A DNA stretch of 64,000 bases from Cycas panzhihuaensis (taxonomy: Eukaryota > Plantae > Cycadophyta). Each line of letters opens with the position of its first letter. Position 1 is the stretch's first letter. Where the stretch lies: the NCBI GenBank assembly GCA_023213395.1, contig CM041465.1, forward strand, positions 150,357,741 through 150,421,740, given 5' to 3'. Positions 1 through 14,055 of the stretch are shown here, in pieces. The position numbers and the translations under genes were made by a program. The notes under the pieces were generated by a model, which was given only the letters and a program-made list of their open reading frames with translations, had not been told where the DNA came from and searched no databases.

Positions 1-800
1 AATCGCCAAGACACATCACACTTCACTCACTTTCCCTTAAACATGCCCAACAAATACCCAATCTTGTCATGTAACTTCACATGCAACAAGGTTCACAATT
101 GCCTTATATCACCAGGTCATCACCTCACTAATTCTCTTATACAAACACATACAAGAAAAATAATAGATGTCTCTTCACCAACCTCACTCTCTCATGTATA
201 ACACACGCAAAACACCTCATATTGCATCATTACTAAAATTATTCTTCCATGTAGATTACACGCTAAAGAACAATGTAAAGCTTCAAACTTCATCTTATGT
301 CACCATGTCAATACATCAAACCAAGACCTTACTTCAAAAATCACTCACTCATATCGCCATAAAGCCATAACTATAAGGACTCCAATATCAACTCAATGCC
401 AAAGATTACTTCCTTATAATAATAGTTCACTTACTTATCAATCATCACCTTGATCACAATACCTTCTTATTACCCTTCTCTTGCCCTTGTCATATAGTCA
501 ATTTTGCCCATCAAATTGATTAAAGAATACACCATCAAAATATGTCAAATCTTGCCCTTAAATATGTTCAACAAATGCCTAAACTTGAGATGTAACCCCA
601 ATAGCTCTCAAATGTTGCCTCTCAAGCATACCTTATGTCATCAAAGTACTCCCTCATATCATCCCAACTTATGCCAATATCAAATATCACCACCTCAAAT
701 TGCTAATGAATCACCAAGACACATCTTATATCACTAATATCAAATATTTATAAAAATGTCTTATCACTTCAAAAGAAACCTTATAATAAAAGACTTCAAA
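1..800. repeat. Degenerate C/A-rich repetitive TE-derived region
   Basis: Internal similarity: 33-75 cccttaaacatgcccaacaaatacccaatcttgtcatgtaac vs ~556-596 cccttaaatatgttcaacaaatgcctaaacttgagatgtaac; 2-16 atcgccaagacacat vs ~710-724 atcaccaagacacat. No credible protein. Confidence 0.4.
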
Positions 801-949
801 AAATTAAAAAATGAACCTTGAACAAATGGCGATCAACATCAATGCAACATTGATAAATAATATATCAATGAATAATTAACATATACGCAACTTCATTGAC
901 ATCAAAGGTGGGCTACACAACTATAAGTAACCGAAATATATTCATGACT

Positions 950-1560
950 ATAACATCATCTCTGTTAGTATCAGTAATAGCAGAATTGCCTAGTGATAAA
1001 GCCAAAGAACATAAGGACTCTGAAAATCCTGTTGCACCTCTAACTGGAGTAATAATGCAGCTCTGAAGTCTTTCCAACAAACCATACGACTTAACACTCG
1101 ATGCATGCAAAGCATTATACTTTGTGGCTCTTTGATCTATTGCACATAGAGTTGTTTGTGCTTCCTCTCTTACTTCATATAAGTAATTTCCTAAATGCAT
1201 ACAATTCATCTGAGAATCATCCAAGAGTTTTAAAATTGACTTCTAGTCTCCCTCTTCAAGGAGGAAACTTACCCCAAAATAGTTGTCAACCTCATCTCAA
1301 TTGCAGCACAATCATGTATCTTTTCTGATAATGCATTCTCTAACTACATCAAATAATTTTCATTCTGCTCAAATGTAGAACTAGTTGCCCCTTCAATCCT
1401 TCTAATAAATTCTGAAGCTCTTATAGTGTTGTGAGTTATATCATTTCTTGCTACCTTTTCCTCCAATTATCTTGTAATTTTTACTTTCTTCTCTATGTAA
1501 CTCCAACATAGACGTGTCTAGAGACATGGGACACTGAGAGATAACTTCCAAATATGGTTG
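950..1560 (-). pseudogene. ATG11: Fragment of autophagy-related protein 11 (central coiled-coil region), with stops and frameshifts
   Basis: Minus strand gives SLDTSMLELHREE...LENALSEK...VSSLKRE/LEVNFK/LLDDSQMNCMHLGNYLYEVREEAQTTLCAIDQRATKYNALHASSVKSYGLLERLQSCI..GFSESLCSLALSLGNS. This matches remembered plant ATG11 (LDSSMLEPHREE...LLDESQMNCAHLENCLHEAREEAQTHLCAADRRASEYSALRASAVKMRGLFERLRSCV..GFADSLRALAQSLANS). Confidence 0.85.
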
Positions 1561-1929
1561 TCAAATTCATGCAAACTGCACATAGATCAATGCAGACAGG
1601 AGATAATATTCAAGCCATACTATTTGATGGCATGACAGTGACAGTATAGAAACCAACATAACCACTCATACGAGGATGTACTCAACAAGGGTGAAAGTTA
1701 TTTTTATCAATATATAAGACAGAACATCTAAATAATGGTGGCTTTAAATATTTGACTATAATATGACTGCACGCCTGTTCAACAATCTCACAGGGGTTCT
1801 ACACTCTTCCACAGTTCAACTGAGGGCTGATAACATCTCTATGGCATGAAAAATAGAAATGGGCATGAATAGCTCTACGAAGCCACCTCCTCAAAACACT
1901 TCGCTCAATTGGGAGCTCATAACCTGGGT

Positions 1930-1941
1930 GCTCTAATACCA
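1930..1941 (-). promoter_or_regulatory. Primer-binding site, tRNA-iMet type
   Basis: Minus strand TGGTATTAGAGC (one C>T from TGGTATCAGAGC), immediately after an LTR end ...CCAACA. Confidence 0.85.
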
Positions 1942-2163
1942 TGTTGGAAAATATAACCTGCAAAAAAATAATCGCAAACAGGACAAACACCTCCACAAGA
2001 TCAAATAATACCCTTAAGGTACCTCAAATTGTATTAACAAAACATTCTTACAACATCATTACAATATGATACACAATATTGTGTATTTATAATACAAGTC
2101 ATGATGGAAGAGTAGGGCCCACTTGCATGTGGGACAAATCAAATGTGCATTAATATTCCAATA
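1942..2163 (-). mobile_element. 5' LTR (~222 bp) of a minus-strand LTR element; partner LTR not found
   Basis: Termini TGTTGGAA...TTCCAATA form an inverted repeat with CA>TA decay; adjacent PBS. Confidence 0.7.
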
Positions 2164-3158
2164 GTAATAGACCTTAAGAGATGTGCCAAACCCTCTTGGT
2201 ATCACTTATTTATCTATGGGGTCTAAAGACCCTAGTGTTCATCAATACCACCCTTCACATGTAATATTAAGTGTCTCTTCTTATTGCTTATCTTTTATCT
2301 TTTTGGCTCATATACTCCTTTAGTCTAAAGCACAATAAGCATTAAGATAATAACAGTATATGAGCACTATAGCCTAAATCACTCTTGTCTAAATCCTCAA
2401 CTAAATTCTAAATTTAGTAACTAATCAAGTCCATCCTCTACCCTTCATTCCACTCAAAGAAACAAGGAAAAAGAAAAAGAAGAGAGACTGCAAGGTCACT
2501 TCAATGAATACTTCTATTTTTTATGAAACTTACATTATTAAACTTAGGATTTTGAAAATTTCTATGATAAAAAAATTTATCTTATCAATTCATACATCTT
2601 ATTTTAATTGATATGTTGCACTAATAATTTTACACTAGGTTAGTTTCAACTATAATTTTTAGTAAAATTTGACCTATAGGTACTTGTGGACCCCTAGGCA
2701 AGAATTTATAACTTAAATCTCACTAATACTCAAGAAAGGGATTACCTTATAGATATGGCATGGCCACTACTAGATCTCTATTATAATAATCAAGATTAGG
2801 GCCTAATCACTACCATTGTGCCTTTTATTAAATTAATTAGGATTAAGGATCTAATCACTATAGTTATTCACATATTCACATTGATTAAGGTAGTGTCATC
2901 TCAATGATCTTTTCACACTCATTTCAACTCACTAGGTGATTTTCCTACTTATTTCTGGGGTTAATAGGCTACAGACACCCTGCACACACACCCCCTCCTC
3001 TCTTTTCTCCCTTGTTTAAACTTTCCACCTCTCTAAACCTATTCTATATATTTATCCCTCAATTTAATGAATCCCCTTCTATCTTACTAATCTCGTTTTC
3101 TTATATCCTTTTCTTCTTACTTGTGTCCCTCTTCTTATAATTCCCTTTGATCTCCATA

Positions 3159-6100
3159 ATGGCTCTTCTAACCTAGGTAGAATGTATTCTCTTATTGGAA
3201 ACTCAATTCTCAAACTTTTAGAAAGAAGTAAAGGCTAATATATGTTCCCTTGCATTTTAGTCTAACATAACTATAATACTAAGCTAGATGGCATTGATGA
3301 CAACTAAATCATCATAATCAAACTCTTATTCTATAAGTAACACTCCTTCACTATAGTAAATGAGCAACCCTCCTCTATGATAGCAATAACTTCACCATAA
3401 AATAAATATTCCTACCTTTGACCTAGATATAAACAAGGACAATGCACATAGCTAGATAAGTAAACTTGAATCCTATTTCTTTGTTAACCCAATGATCAAG
3501 AATAAGTAGGTTATATTTGTATACATTCATATAAAAGGTCAAGCACATCATTAGTTCCATTGGTAGTAATGAGAATACTTAATAATCAAGACATGGGCAT
3601 ATTTCTCTACCTATTTTTTTATTAGTATAAAAAAACCTAAAATCAATCATTCTTTAACCAACTTTTAAGATTGAAATAAGTATCATCAATTAAAGCTTAT
3701 ACTAATCAATTCTAGAATTTACATAATTGCATCACCCAAAGATTAGAAAAGCAAACATGGATTAATACTTATATCAGAGTCTTGAAAGAGTGTATTTAAA
3801 TGCACCTAAAAACTTTAAAAAACTTAATTCTAAAGGATGAAATAAGAACGGCCAAAGTAGTTGAGAAAAAATTTATAATGGAAAGAACACCCTTCTTCTA
3901 ACAGGACTCTACATAACACTAATGACTATGATAGGCTAAGTTCCTACGATTATGGCATTAAGTTAATGACTCATAAGGACCTATAATAGAGCACCCTTTG
4001 GAATAATCCTCATCTAAGCCAATCTATATTCCACTAGTAGAGGCATACAAGTGCATGGCAACTAATCTTTATATACAATACTCTGAAAAATAAACCACCA
4101 TATATGGTAGAGTTTATAAGGCTAAGAAAATGGTATTTATAAACTATCCCTAAAATACAACTTTAATTTTGAATAAGAATTTGATGAAGAACTTCCTTCA
4201 TAACCCTTCTCGACTCTAAAACCAGAAGTCTCATTATTTATCATAGCCTCCTCTTCATTCCCCAAGCCCTTATGTATTAAAGGAACACTTAAGAAAGCAC
4301 CCTTTATCATTTTAATTGATGATGGCATGTCATTAAACTTCATTGATATTTCTTAAGCTTGGCATTCAAACCTTTATATTATCCCAAAAACTAGATTTAC
4401 TTATTCCCTGGTAGGCTATTATACTCTTCATTGTATTGGCATAATCAATAACCTTACCATCTAAATAGGTACCTATAGGTAGGTCTCAAATTCTTATATC
4501 TTGTCAATTAGTGGATTAAATATTATTCTTGAAGTCTAGTGGATTCAAACCTTAAGAACATATAGCACTAATGACATCCCCACCAATCCATTTATTTTAT
4601 TTAAGGATCATATGGGACAAACCCACAAACTCCATGGTATATAACCTCCCCTTAACAAACTAATTTCACCAAATTATATGCGTAAATAAATAAGTAGCCA
4701 AGTAGGATATTTTGTATATATTAATAACATCCAATCCCATATAGATATTCATCTAAATATATAAAACATTCTTAATAAATATCAAGTTATTTTTACCCCC
4801 TTGTTAACTACCTCCTCATCAAATCATAGGTGTTACTACACCATTGAGCTAAAAAATCCCCATGACCCTATTAGTCTTTAGCCATATAGAAATTCATATT
4901 TTCAAAAATATGGAATAGAAAAAATTACCAATGAACTAATGGAAATATAGATAATCCAACCTAGTAAGAGTTGCACCACCCCTATTATGTTAATTTGAAA
5001 AAAATGGTGGGTCCTTTAGGTTTTGTATAGATTATCATGACCTTAATAATATAACCATAAAAAATAAGTTCCCCACTCCAAGAATTAATGACATATTAGA
5101 TGAAATTCATGATGCCATAATTTTTACCAAATTGGATCTCTAATTAGAATATTATCAAATCCCTATTACACTTGAAGATTAGCATAAAACTACTTTTGAA
5201 ATGCATTGTGACCACTTTAAATTTCATGTCATGCCTTTTAACCTATGTAATACTCTGACCACTTTTCAATATCTAATGAACAAGATGTTTACCCCATACC
5301 TTAGGAAATTTGTTATTATTTTCTTCAATGATGTTCTCATCTATAACATGGGCATGGCCATTTAAACTCACCATTTAGAAATAGTCTTACAAAATTTGGC
5401 CAAATACTAACTATATATCAATCTTTTGAAATGTGAGTTTGGTAAGTCTAAACTATAATACCTCAACCAAATTATCTCTATAGAAGATGTTTGGATTTAT
5501 CCTAATGAAATATCATCCATTATGAATTTACTAATACCTAAAATCCTCACCTAGCTGTGCACTTTCTTAGGCCTTACTAGATTCTATAGGTGGTTCATCC
5601 AAAATTATGCAACTTTAGTAGCACTATTAATTAATTTGCTTTGGAAAGATTCTTTCTAATGGTCACCTACTACTAATGATGCCTTTAACAATCTTAAATA
5701 AGTCATGTCCTTGACTCTGGTCTTAGCCATACCATGCTTCTCTCAACCATTCTAACTAGAGTGTGACATAGTAGGCTTTAACTTAGGTGCACATGTAAAA
5801 CCTATATCCAATTATATTTGAAAGTTGAAAGCTTAAAGACCATAAATGTACATTGTTAGTGTACCAAAAAATAATGAAGGTTATTCTCCATGCCATTGAA
5901 AATGGCATCAATATCTTATTAGATCAAAATTTACTATTCTAATCAATCACCAAAGCCTTCATTGCATATTAGACCAACTAGTTCTATTGGAAGAATAGGC
6001 TAAGTGGGTTGAGCAACTCCAAGATTTTGACTTCATGATCACTTATAAGAAATATCAAGATATTGTAGTGGTAAATGCCCTTTTCTACCTTCTAATTGAT

Positions 6101-7914
6101 CCTTCCTTTAGTCCTTCACTTGAATCTTCCATTCATGTCATCTCCACATCCCATCTAACATGGGTATATGACCTAACTCTAGATAACTAGTCTCAATTAG
6201 ATTATGACAAATGGACTAACAAAATTCACACTCAAAAGAATTAGTCCATATAGAATAATCTTCTTTTATACATAAACTACATATTCATATATATATAACC
6301 TCAAACTTTATCCCTCAAATCTTATCAAAGTACCACTAGACTCAATTAGGAGGCCATTCAAGATTCGATAAAACATATTGATGAACTTGTTTTAACTCCT
6401 TCTAAATGCACATGAAATTGTCCATTCTCATATTTATTTTAAAATGTGATATGTGTTAGTGCAATAAAGTTAATGCTAAAGTTCAACTAGGTCTCTTACA
6501 ACCACTTCATATTTTGCAAGGGAATTGGTAAGATATTTCCATGGATTTCATTATGGGTCTACCAGTTTCTATTGGGTATAACTCCATACTAGTGATCATT
6601 GATTGCTTAACAAAATACATATACTTTTTGTCACTCTATACTTTGTATAATGCATTGTTTATCATAGATTTATTCCTTTAGATAATATTTCATTTATATA
6701 GCTTTATATCAACCATCATCTATGATCAAGATACTAAGTTCACCAATTCCTTTTGGCAAGAACTCGTTTGAGTCTATAGCATATTGTTCAATATGAGTTC
6801 TTCTTATCACCCCCAAATAGATGGCCAATTGAAAGTTCTTAACAAAACACTAGAGACTGATTAACTTTGTTTTACATTTAACCACTATATAAGATAGTCA
6901 TCATAGGTAGCCCTTATAGAATACTAGTACAATTTCTCTCACAACTTTGACATAAGGATGTCCCCATTCATGGCCCTTTATGGTTACCCTCTCCCATCCC
7001 ATCATATGTTAGTCACTATCCTTTGCACTGCTATTGTACAACAAAAGTTATAACACATGGACCAAATTTTAAACACCCTTAAGCAAAATTTAGTTACAAC
7101 CCAAAATTGAATGAAGTAATTAGTAAACCTCCATCATTCAAATCACTCTTTTACCCATTAATGATATTATTTTCCTACACCTTAAACCTTATAAGTAATA
7201 ATCTCTTAAATATCATAAGAACCACAAGCTTAATCATCACTACTATGACCCTTATAAAGTCCTTTGGTGTATTAGTAAAGTGGCCTATACTTTAGAACTC
7301 TCACCTAATACCAAAATTTACAATGTCTTCTATGTTTCCTAGCTCAAGAAATATTTAGAAAAGAGCACAACCCCATAAATAGTCCTACTAATTTTGGATA
7401 AAGAATGAACTCTCATCATTTCCTTAAAATGTATCTTGGCTAATAGACAATGACATCTTTGAAACATGACAATTTATAAGTACTTGAGATAATGGGCCAA
7501 CTAGAAATCGGATGAGGTGATTTGGGAATTAGTAGATTTTATTAAGTAGCATCCACATATCCTTTTCTTTTAGGGACTTAATATCTTAAAGGAGGGGACT
7601 TATTACATGATCACATGTGGTTAGTAAAACGAAGCTACTAACACTCATGACTAAGGCACTAGGAGATTAAGTGTTAGTTATTAACTTTTATATGCGGGCT
7701 ATTAAATCAACTAATAAAATAAAAGGCCATTTCACTTACCAATATGATTACAAAGAAAAGGCCCTATTTTGTCAATTTAAAGGTTACATATTATAGAAGA
7801 AGGCTGTTGTATAATTATCTTCTTTTGTAATAATTATACTTTTATACTCTCCAATTTCTTTTTGTATCTATTTGGTGTTCTTTGTCGTACTTCATTTCTA
7901 TAATTGGTTCCCAA
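3159..7914 (+). mobile_element. Decayed Ty3/Gypsy chromovirus-type element: gag-PR-RT-RH-INT-chromodomain, PPT, 3' LTR from ~7601
   Basis: RT FRFCIDYHDLNNITIKNKFPTPRINDILDE (~5016-5100); integrase DISMDFIMGLP (~6532) and MSSSYHPQIDGQ (~6793); chromodomain-like KYLR*W...DEVIWE (~7478-7530); PPT aaaggagggga 7588-7598. Many C>T-type stops. Right end of the LTR is approximate. Confidence 0.85.
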
Positions 7915-8827
7915 TATTAATATAAGAGTTGCATTTCCTATTTATTTTTCATTGTTATTTATGTTTATGAGCAAAGAATTGGGAAAGTCACATATCAATT
8001 ACCTTTATATGATGTGTGGTATATGATACACATGGTCATATAAAGGGATAGTGCAATAAGATTATTTAGCAAGGAACCATATGTGAATGGCATCTTTGGT
8101 TATGTTTTGAAGATTAAGTAAAGCATGAAGATGTGAAATATTATAGTTGAAAATAGAAGTATTGTAATAGTGATTAAAAGTTTATAATAATAACCATTTG
8201 TAGAGATATTACAATAGTGATTAAAAGATTTTAAGAATAACTACTTACATATTATATTCTAAAGAAGTTTTTTGTAAAAATGTTTAGTTGGGAGTTTAGT
8301 AAAGAGTGAAACACCAATACTCTAGCATTTACATTATATACTCCAACTTGAGGGCAATTCTCTTCATAGGATTTTGATTAGTTGGGTGGTGAATCCAGCT
8401 AAAGTAATCTAGTTAGACTCCTTTTTAGTCAAGATGAATATATGTAAACTATTTCTAATTGGTGAATGGAAATGCTATATCTTTTACTATTTATTCTAAA
8501 ATTATATTTGACTCTTTAAGGGATACATTTCTTTGGTTATTAGTATTATTATATCTACTTTTGATAGTAAAAGAAATCTATTTATAAATGTCTACTTCAC
8601 ACAAATCATTTGTATATTATCTCATTGAGGAGTATAATACTGCAGTGTCTTGTATCTTTTCATGAATTGTTATTAGTAAAATAAACCTACTTAATGATGT
8701 ATGAACATCCCTATTCACTTAGATTTATCATATACATTAGGCAAATGTTTCTATTATATATGTATTATTTGATTTAATCTTTTATAAATTCAAGTTTTAG
8801 ATAGTTGATATTTTCTTTGGTAAACAT
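7915..8827. mobile_element. Probable solo LTR or LTR remnant
   Basis: Non-coding block between two Gypsy remnants, ending ...ggtaaaca; boundaries approximate, no TSD confirmed. Confidence 0.35.
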
Positions 8828-8829
8828 CT

Positions 8830-11337
8830 TTAGTGGATTCCATTGAGGTAACATCACAAGCATTATATGCATAAGAAGGGTCATGACACCTATAATTTGA
8901 TTTTCATGCCCTCTTTATTAATGATGTTGATGCCATTCTAGGAATCTAATGGCTACAAATCCTCAACACCTATAGCCTTAATCATTATCAAAACTTTATT
9001 CTTTTTAGAAATTCCCAAGATAAATCCATAAACTATACAACCTCAAACCACCTATAAATTAAGCAATCTCTACCAACTATATGTATAAACTTGTTAGTGG
9101 TAATATAGGGTTCATTGCCTGCCTTAACAATATATAGGTTGCCCTCCCTCACTCCTCCCCCCTCCCTCACCTAATATCACTTTATATTTAATATGTTTCT
9201 TTCCTCTCTTCCACTCCACTATGGTTTCTATTATACTATCAATCTATAGAACTCTCATAACCCTATTAGTTTATGCCCCTACTGAAGTAACTATTTTTAG
9301 AAAAATAATATAGAATGCATCACTTAGGGGATTCTTGACCTTGACATCATTCAACCTGGAAAAATCCCTTATGTTACTCCTATTATCCTTATTGGGAAAA
9401 TTGATGGATCCTTTTGACTTTGTCTCAATTATTGTGAGCTTAGCAAAATTACAATTAAAAGAAAATCATTAGATGCATAAATAAAATACTAGACAATATT
9501 CATAGGGCTATAATTTTTTCTAAACTTGATCTTTTCTTTCATTATTATCAAGTTCCTATTACCCACTTGAGCTACCTAAAAACTATTTTCCACACATATC
9601 ATAGTTATTTCAAATTTTGAGTCATGCCTTTTAGCTTGTATAATGCATCTATAATATTCTAAGCCTTCATGAACTACGTCTTTTCCCTTACCTTCACAAA
9701 TTTATCATTATCTTCTTCCATGGCATCCTTATTTATAACAAGTATTAGGCCCAACATCTACATCACCTAGAGCTTATCCTTTGAGACCTTTCTCAATAAT
9801 AATTATATGATAAGTTTCCTAAACGTGAATCCCACCAATCCTAAATCTAATACCTTGGCCACATTATGTCTTATGAAGGCATTATAATTGACTCCAACCA
9901 AGTATTTATCATCACTACATGGCCTACAACCACTTCCCTTACCCAAATTTATTCTTTCCTTAGTCTAACTGAGTTTTACTATCACTTTATTACCCAATAT
10001 GCCTTCATTTTTACACCTTAACTAACCTTCTTTATAAAGGCTCATTCCAATGGTCTCTTAAGGCTACCACTATGTTTAACCTTCTTAAAATCCTCATGAC
10101 CGCTACCCTAGTTCTTTCCATGTAAGAATCCCATGAGGTATTCACACCTTACATGCTAAGAAGTTCTTATATGTTAGACTCACTTAAAGGCTAATTAAGT
10201 AACTTATCTAGAGAAAAGAAAGTTTTACTAAAACTATTATTATATAGTTTAAAAAATAGATTGAAATATTAATTAAAATAATATATATAACTATCAAAGA
10301 CTTACAAGATATGAATGCTTAAATTTATCTCCCTCTTTGAGGCAAAGTATCCTCCAAACTACTGCCCTTAAGGCCAAAAATATGGCAAATCTAAAGCTCC
10401 TTAAGATGCATAAGAACAAGGATAAATAACCTTATATATAGGTGGGTATAATAATACCAAAGATTTTAATTAAGAGTGATAGTAGAAGTTAGCTAGAATA
10501 CTCTTTAAAATCAACTAGAAAGTGACATAAATATTGTTAGTTTAAAGTTAGTTATAGTAAGACAACATGCATAATAGATGTCAGCTAAATTGTAGAAAGG
10601 AATACTATATAGCACTCCTAATTTCACTCAAGAAAACTCCCTCAAGCATAAAAAAATAAAAAAGTTGAGTACCCATTTTTATGGCCCTTATTACATGCTT
10701 CAACAAATTATAAAAGTTGCATATGCCCTTGACCTTCCCCTTAATTAAAAAGTTTATAATGTTTTCCATGTGTCTTACCTCAAGCAACATCTCAGTAGAA
10801 ACATCACCCCTTAAACCATACTCCCCATTCTTTCTAATGAACAAACCCTTATAGTTCCATTGGATCGTATTCTCTCTAGTTATCAATGTCACCTTTGCAA
10901 CTAGATCATTATATAACACTTAGTATAGTGAGCTAGCTACTTTACAAAGAAAGGTACTTAGGTGTCTGAGGACTTTATTCATTAGTATCTATATCTTCTT
11001 AGCTTCAAGGACTCAACATCTCAGGGAAGGGGACCTACCCAGTAACATATATGACTATGGGACTTAATTATTAGTGTTAGCTCTTAATATTTATATGGGG
11101 CTATATATCCTTGCTAATAACATGCATGCAAGAAGCTTCCCTTGCCTATATAAAGCCTCATAGAATGACAGGAGGTATCTTTTCATGCTTTGACTATTTA
11201 TATTTGGGTGCACTATAATGTAACCTTTTGGTGCCTAAAAGTAAACTACTCTATCTTTCATCTCATTATGCCCTTTAGGATCTATTTAGTGGTGATATTT
11301 GTGGCAGATCTATCCCATGGTACCTAGGGCTATGACA
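8830..11337 (+). mobile_element. Second, internally deleted chromovirus-type Gypsy (PR/RT part, then INT C-terminus and chromodomain, PPT, 3' LTR ~11036-11337)
   Basis: RT DGSF*LCLNYCELSKIT (~9403-9453); GPY motif KLSTHFYGPYYMLQQIIKVAYALDLP (~10661-10740); PPT agggaagggga ~11023-11033; LTR ends ...ctatgaca and resembles the 7601 LTR. Confidence 0.75.
10122..10608. mobile_element. Probable solo-LTR insertion at the RNaseH/INT deletion point
   Basis: Starts TGTAAG exactly where pol homology stops; non-coding; integrase homology resumes at ~10610. Confidence 0.4.
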
Positions 11338-11339
11338 TC

Positions 11340-12237
11340 ACTAAAGAAAAGTCACTAGAAATATATAAAAAGAATCTTTAGATACTTGAAGGGTATGCTA
11401 CAATATGGACTTGAATTTATGCATAATAGTAACTTCAAGTTAGTAGGATTTATAAACTTTAATTGGGCCAAATGTATAGATAATAAGAGGTCTACTTCTA
11501 GTTGTTATTTTAGTTTGGGATTAGTTGCAATGACTTAGAGTAGCAAGAAATAATCTAATAGTACTTTTACCTTGACTAAAGTATAGCATAAGATTATATT
11601 TTCAATAGTTACAATAGTGATCTAATTATGACTGATTCTTAGGGACATGGAACTATGCTAATATGACATAACTAAGTTATATTGTGATAATCAAAGTGCA
11701 CTTAAGATTGCTAGAACTTTTATGTTTCATGCTCATATAAAACCTATCAAGGTATACTATCACTTTATCAAAGAACTAATCTAAAATAGAATGATTGAGA
11801 TGGTGTATAGGCCTATAGAAAAATAATTGGCTAATAACTTTACCAAGCGATTTACTCAAGATAAATTTTAGATAGTCAACAATGGTTTAGATATTAGGAT
11901 AAATGATGTAAATATTAAGGGGAAGTATTGATGTATTTAATCTTTATAATTAAATAATCTTATAACTTTAAGTTATAAACCTCTCCCTTTATATGTTTTA
12001 CAATTAGTTATATTTTATTATTGTGTTTGAATGATGAGTCATGAATGTTACTTAATCATTTAACACGTGTCAATCTTAGTTTTTATATAGGTTATTTGTT
12101 ATAATGTTAATATGCACTCTAATGTATTATAATTTTTTGAAGAGATGAAGATGAAAATAATTATTCTTTTGAAACTAATTTTCTTAAGTGTTATTATGGC
12201 TATCTCTCTTAGTTTAGATAGTAATTATATGCCAACA
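11340..12237 (+). mobile_element. Ty1/Copia 3' fragment: RT end, RNaseH, PPT, 3' LTR 11926-12237
   Basis: KRIFRYLKG and LYCDNQSALKIA motifs; PPT aaggggaag ~11917-11925; LTR tattga...gccaaca. Confidence 0.8.
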
Positions 12238-13876
12238 AGTAAATACAACAAAAAACATTTCAATTGTTTCCTTATTATTAGTCCCTTTATAAAATAACAA
12301 CTTTGAAATAAAATGAGGTTAACAATATATTATTTTCAACTCAAATAAAGTGCAATTTAATAGCTAAGTAAGGTTTGAATAATGTTTCTTGAATAAGAGG
12401 TTTCTTATTTAGGGCTTTTTAATCTTTGACCATATTTATTTTGTGTTTCCTTCTTAAATTCTTTAAAGATGTCAAAAATTTAGGAGTTCTTATGTATAGG
12501 ATAAACACCCAAACTTTCCTTGAAAACTCATTAATAAATGTCAAAAAATATTTTGCACCTATAAGTGATGTTATCAGCATTGGCCTATAAATATTAGCAT
12601 GGACTAATTCCAACTTCTCCTTCACTCTATAAGCTTTGCCTTTTTCAAACTTCTCTCAATGTCACTTGCCCATTATGCATGGTTTACATAAACTATTTTT
12701 AACTCTAAGTTTAGGAAGTCCATATATCATATTCAATTTAAATATCAACTAAAGATAAGACCTATGTGAATGTCATATTTATTCATTCTATAATTGATTT
12801 TTTTTAAGTTATTTCAATAATGAATGCTCTCTAATTCTTAGATTTACCTTTCATCCTATAAAGATATATTCTTTTATACCTATTATTATAACTTTTCTTT
12901 TACTACTTTTGATTATACATTTATTATGCTCAAAATAAACACCCATGTTATTCTTCTTAATCTGAATAATAGAGATCATATTTTTCTTTAGTCCAAGTAC
13001 ATATAACACATCATCGATTTAATAATTCTCACTATTTGGTATAATAATAAATACTTCTTTAATTCCTCCAACCTTTAGTACAATATCATCACTTAGTATT
13101 GTTAGATGATATAAACTTTATGTTATTATTTAGTCACATGTCTAATATGTAATTTAAGTGATTATAATATTTTAAACTTAGGTTTATTTTATTAATTTAT
13201 TCATGGTCGTTGAAATACGAACTGCATTCCAATGAGCCTCCTTAGTATTTATTCATCTCCTAGATTCATGGAGATGGTTCCAAGAATCTAGGAGGTCTAT
13301 CCAAATGCCTTTTTAAAGGCTAGTTTTGGGTAATGGTGGTTTTGTAGCATGATGTTTATTCTTTATTAATAAACTAGAACTTAGGAGGTGGTTTTTCTTC
13401 CCCAGAAGGGGCTTTCCACCTGTCAAAATAATGTGTACCTATGTTGTGTTATTTCCTGTTATTAATTGTATTTGTAGATCCTGTTAACATTGTACATGTG
13501 CCTCTTCTCTCACATGGTATCAGAGCACATGATTCTTGCTAGACATCCTTCCCCTCAAGTTTTGTGGAAATGGGCACCACTCTTCCCGGTCTGCATGTTG
13601 GTTTGCTTCCTTTTGAAGAACAAAGTGTCTTCTTTAATTCAATCCTTGCAGTTGGGCCTTGAGGGTTTTTGGAATTTGGTGTGAGTCCAGATCTTCCTGG
13701 ATATCCATCCCTGACGGTGAATCCCTTCACACTGGGGCTACTAGCTATACCACCCACAGCAGGCCTTTTACAAAATTCCCACCCAGTCTACATTTCTTAT
13801 CTAATGCAAATGAATTTTGCACAAAAGGCATAAGGACGGGGAAAATCCATACACAGCCTGCCAGCCAGTAGCATTC

Positions 13877-14053
13877 ATGGAGGCCACTTAGTTTCTTCTC
13901 CAAGTCATGGTGTTGTGTTAACAAAGTTTTGAGCTCTCCATCAATGCTTCTTTGATATGCGATGCATTCGTGCAGCAAATGGGTCAAAGCACCCATGCTT
14001 GTGAGATTCTAGATTTGCTCTACCATGTCTGTGCTTCTAAAGCACATTGATGT
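13877..14053 (-). pseudogene. COG4: Captured N-terminal fragment of conserved oligomeric Golgi complex subunit 4, antisense to the Copia
   Basis: SMCFRSTDMVEQI*NLTSMGALTHLLHECIAYQRSIDGELKTLLTQHHDLEKKLSGLH vs remembered plant COG4 VKFGTPEALEYVRSLTDVGAMTRLLHECIAYQRSLDSDLDTLLSQRTELDRNL. Confidence 0.85.
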
Positions 14054-14055
14054 AA

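Noticed and set aside
810-850. Copia RNaseH-like CIDVDRH on the minus strand
   Set aside because: Too short; flanking RNaseH motifs are absent.
1527-1920. ATG just after the PBS in frame with the first ATG11 segment (possible fusion protein)
   Set aside because: About seven stops in 131 codons, similar to chance, so there is no evidence of a maintained fusion ORF.
10605-10919. 104-aa minus-strand ORF
   Set aside because: Antisense shadow of the plus-strand Gypsy integrase C-terminus and chromodomain.
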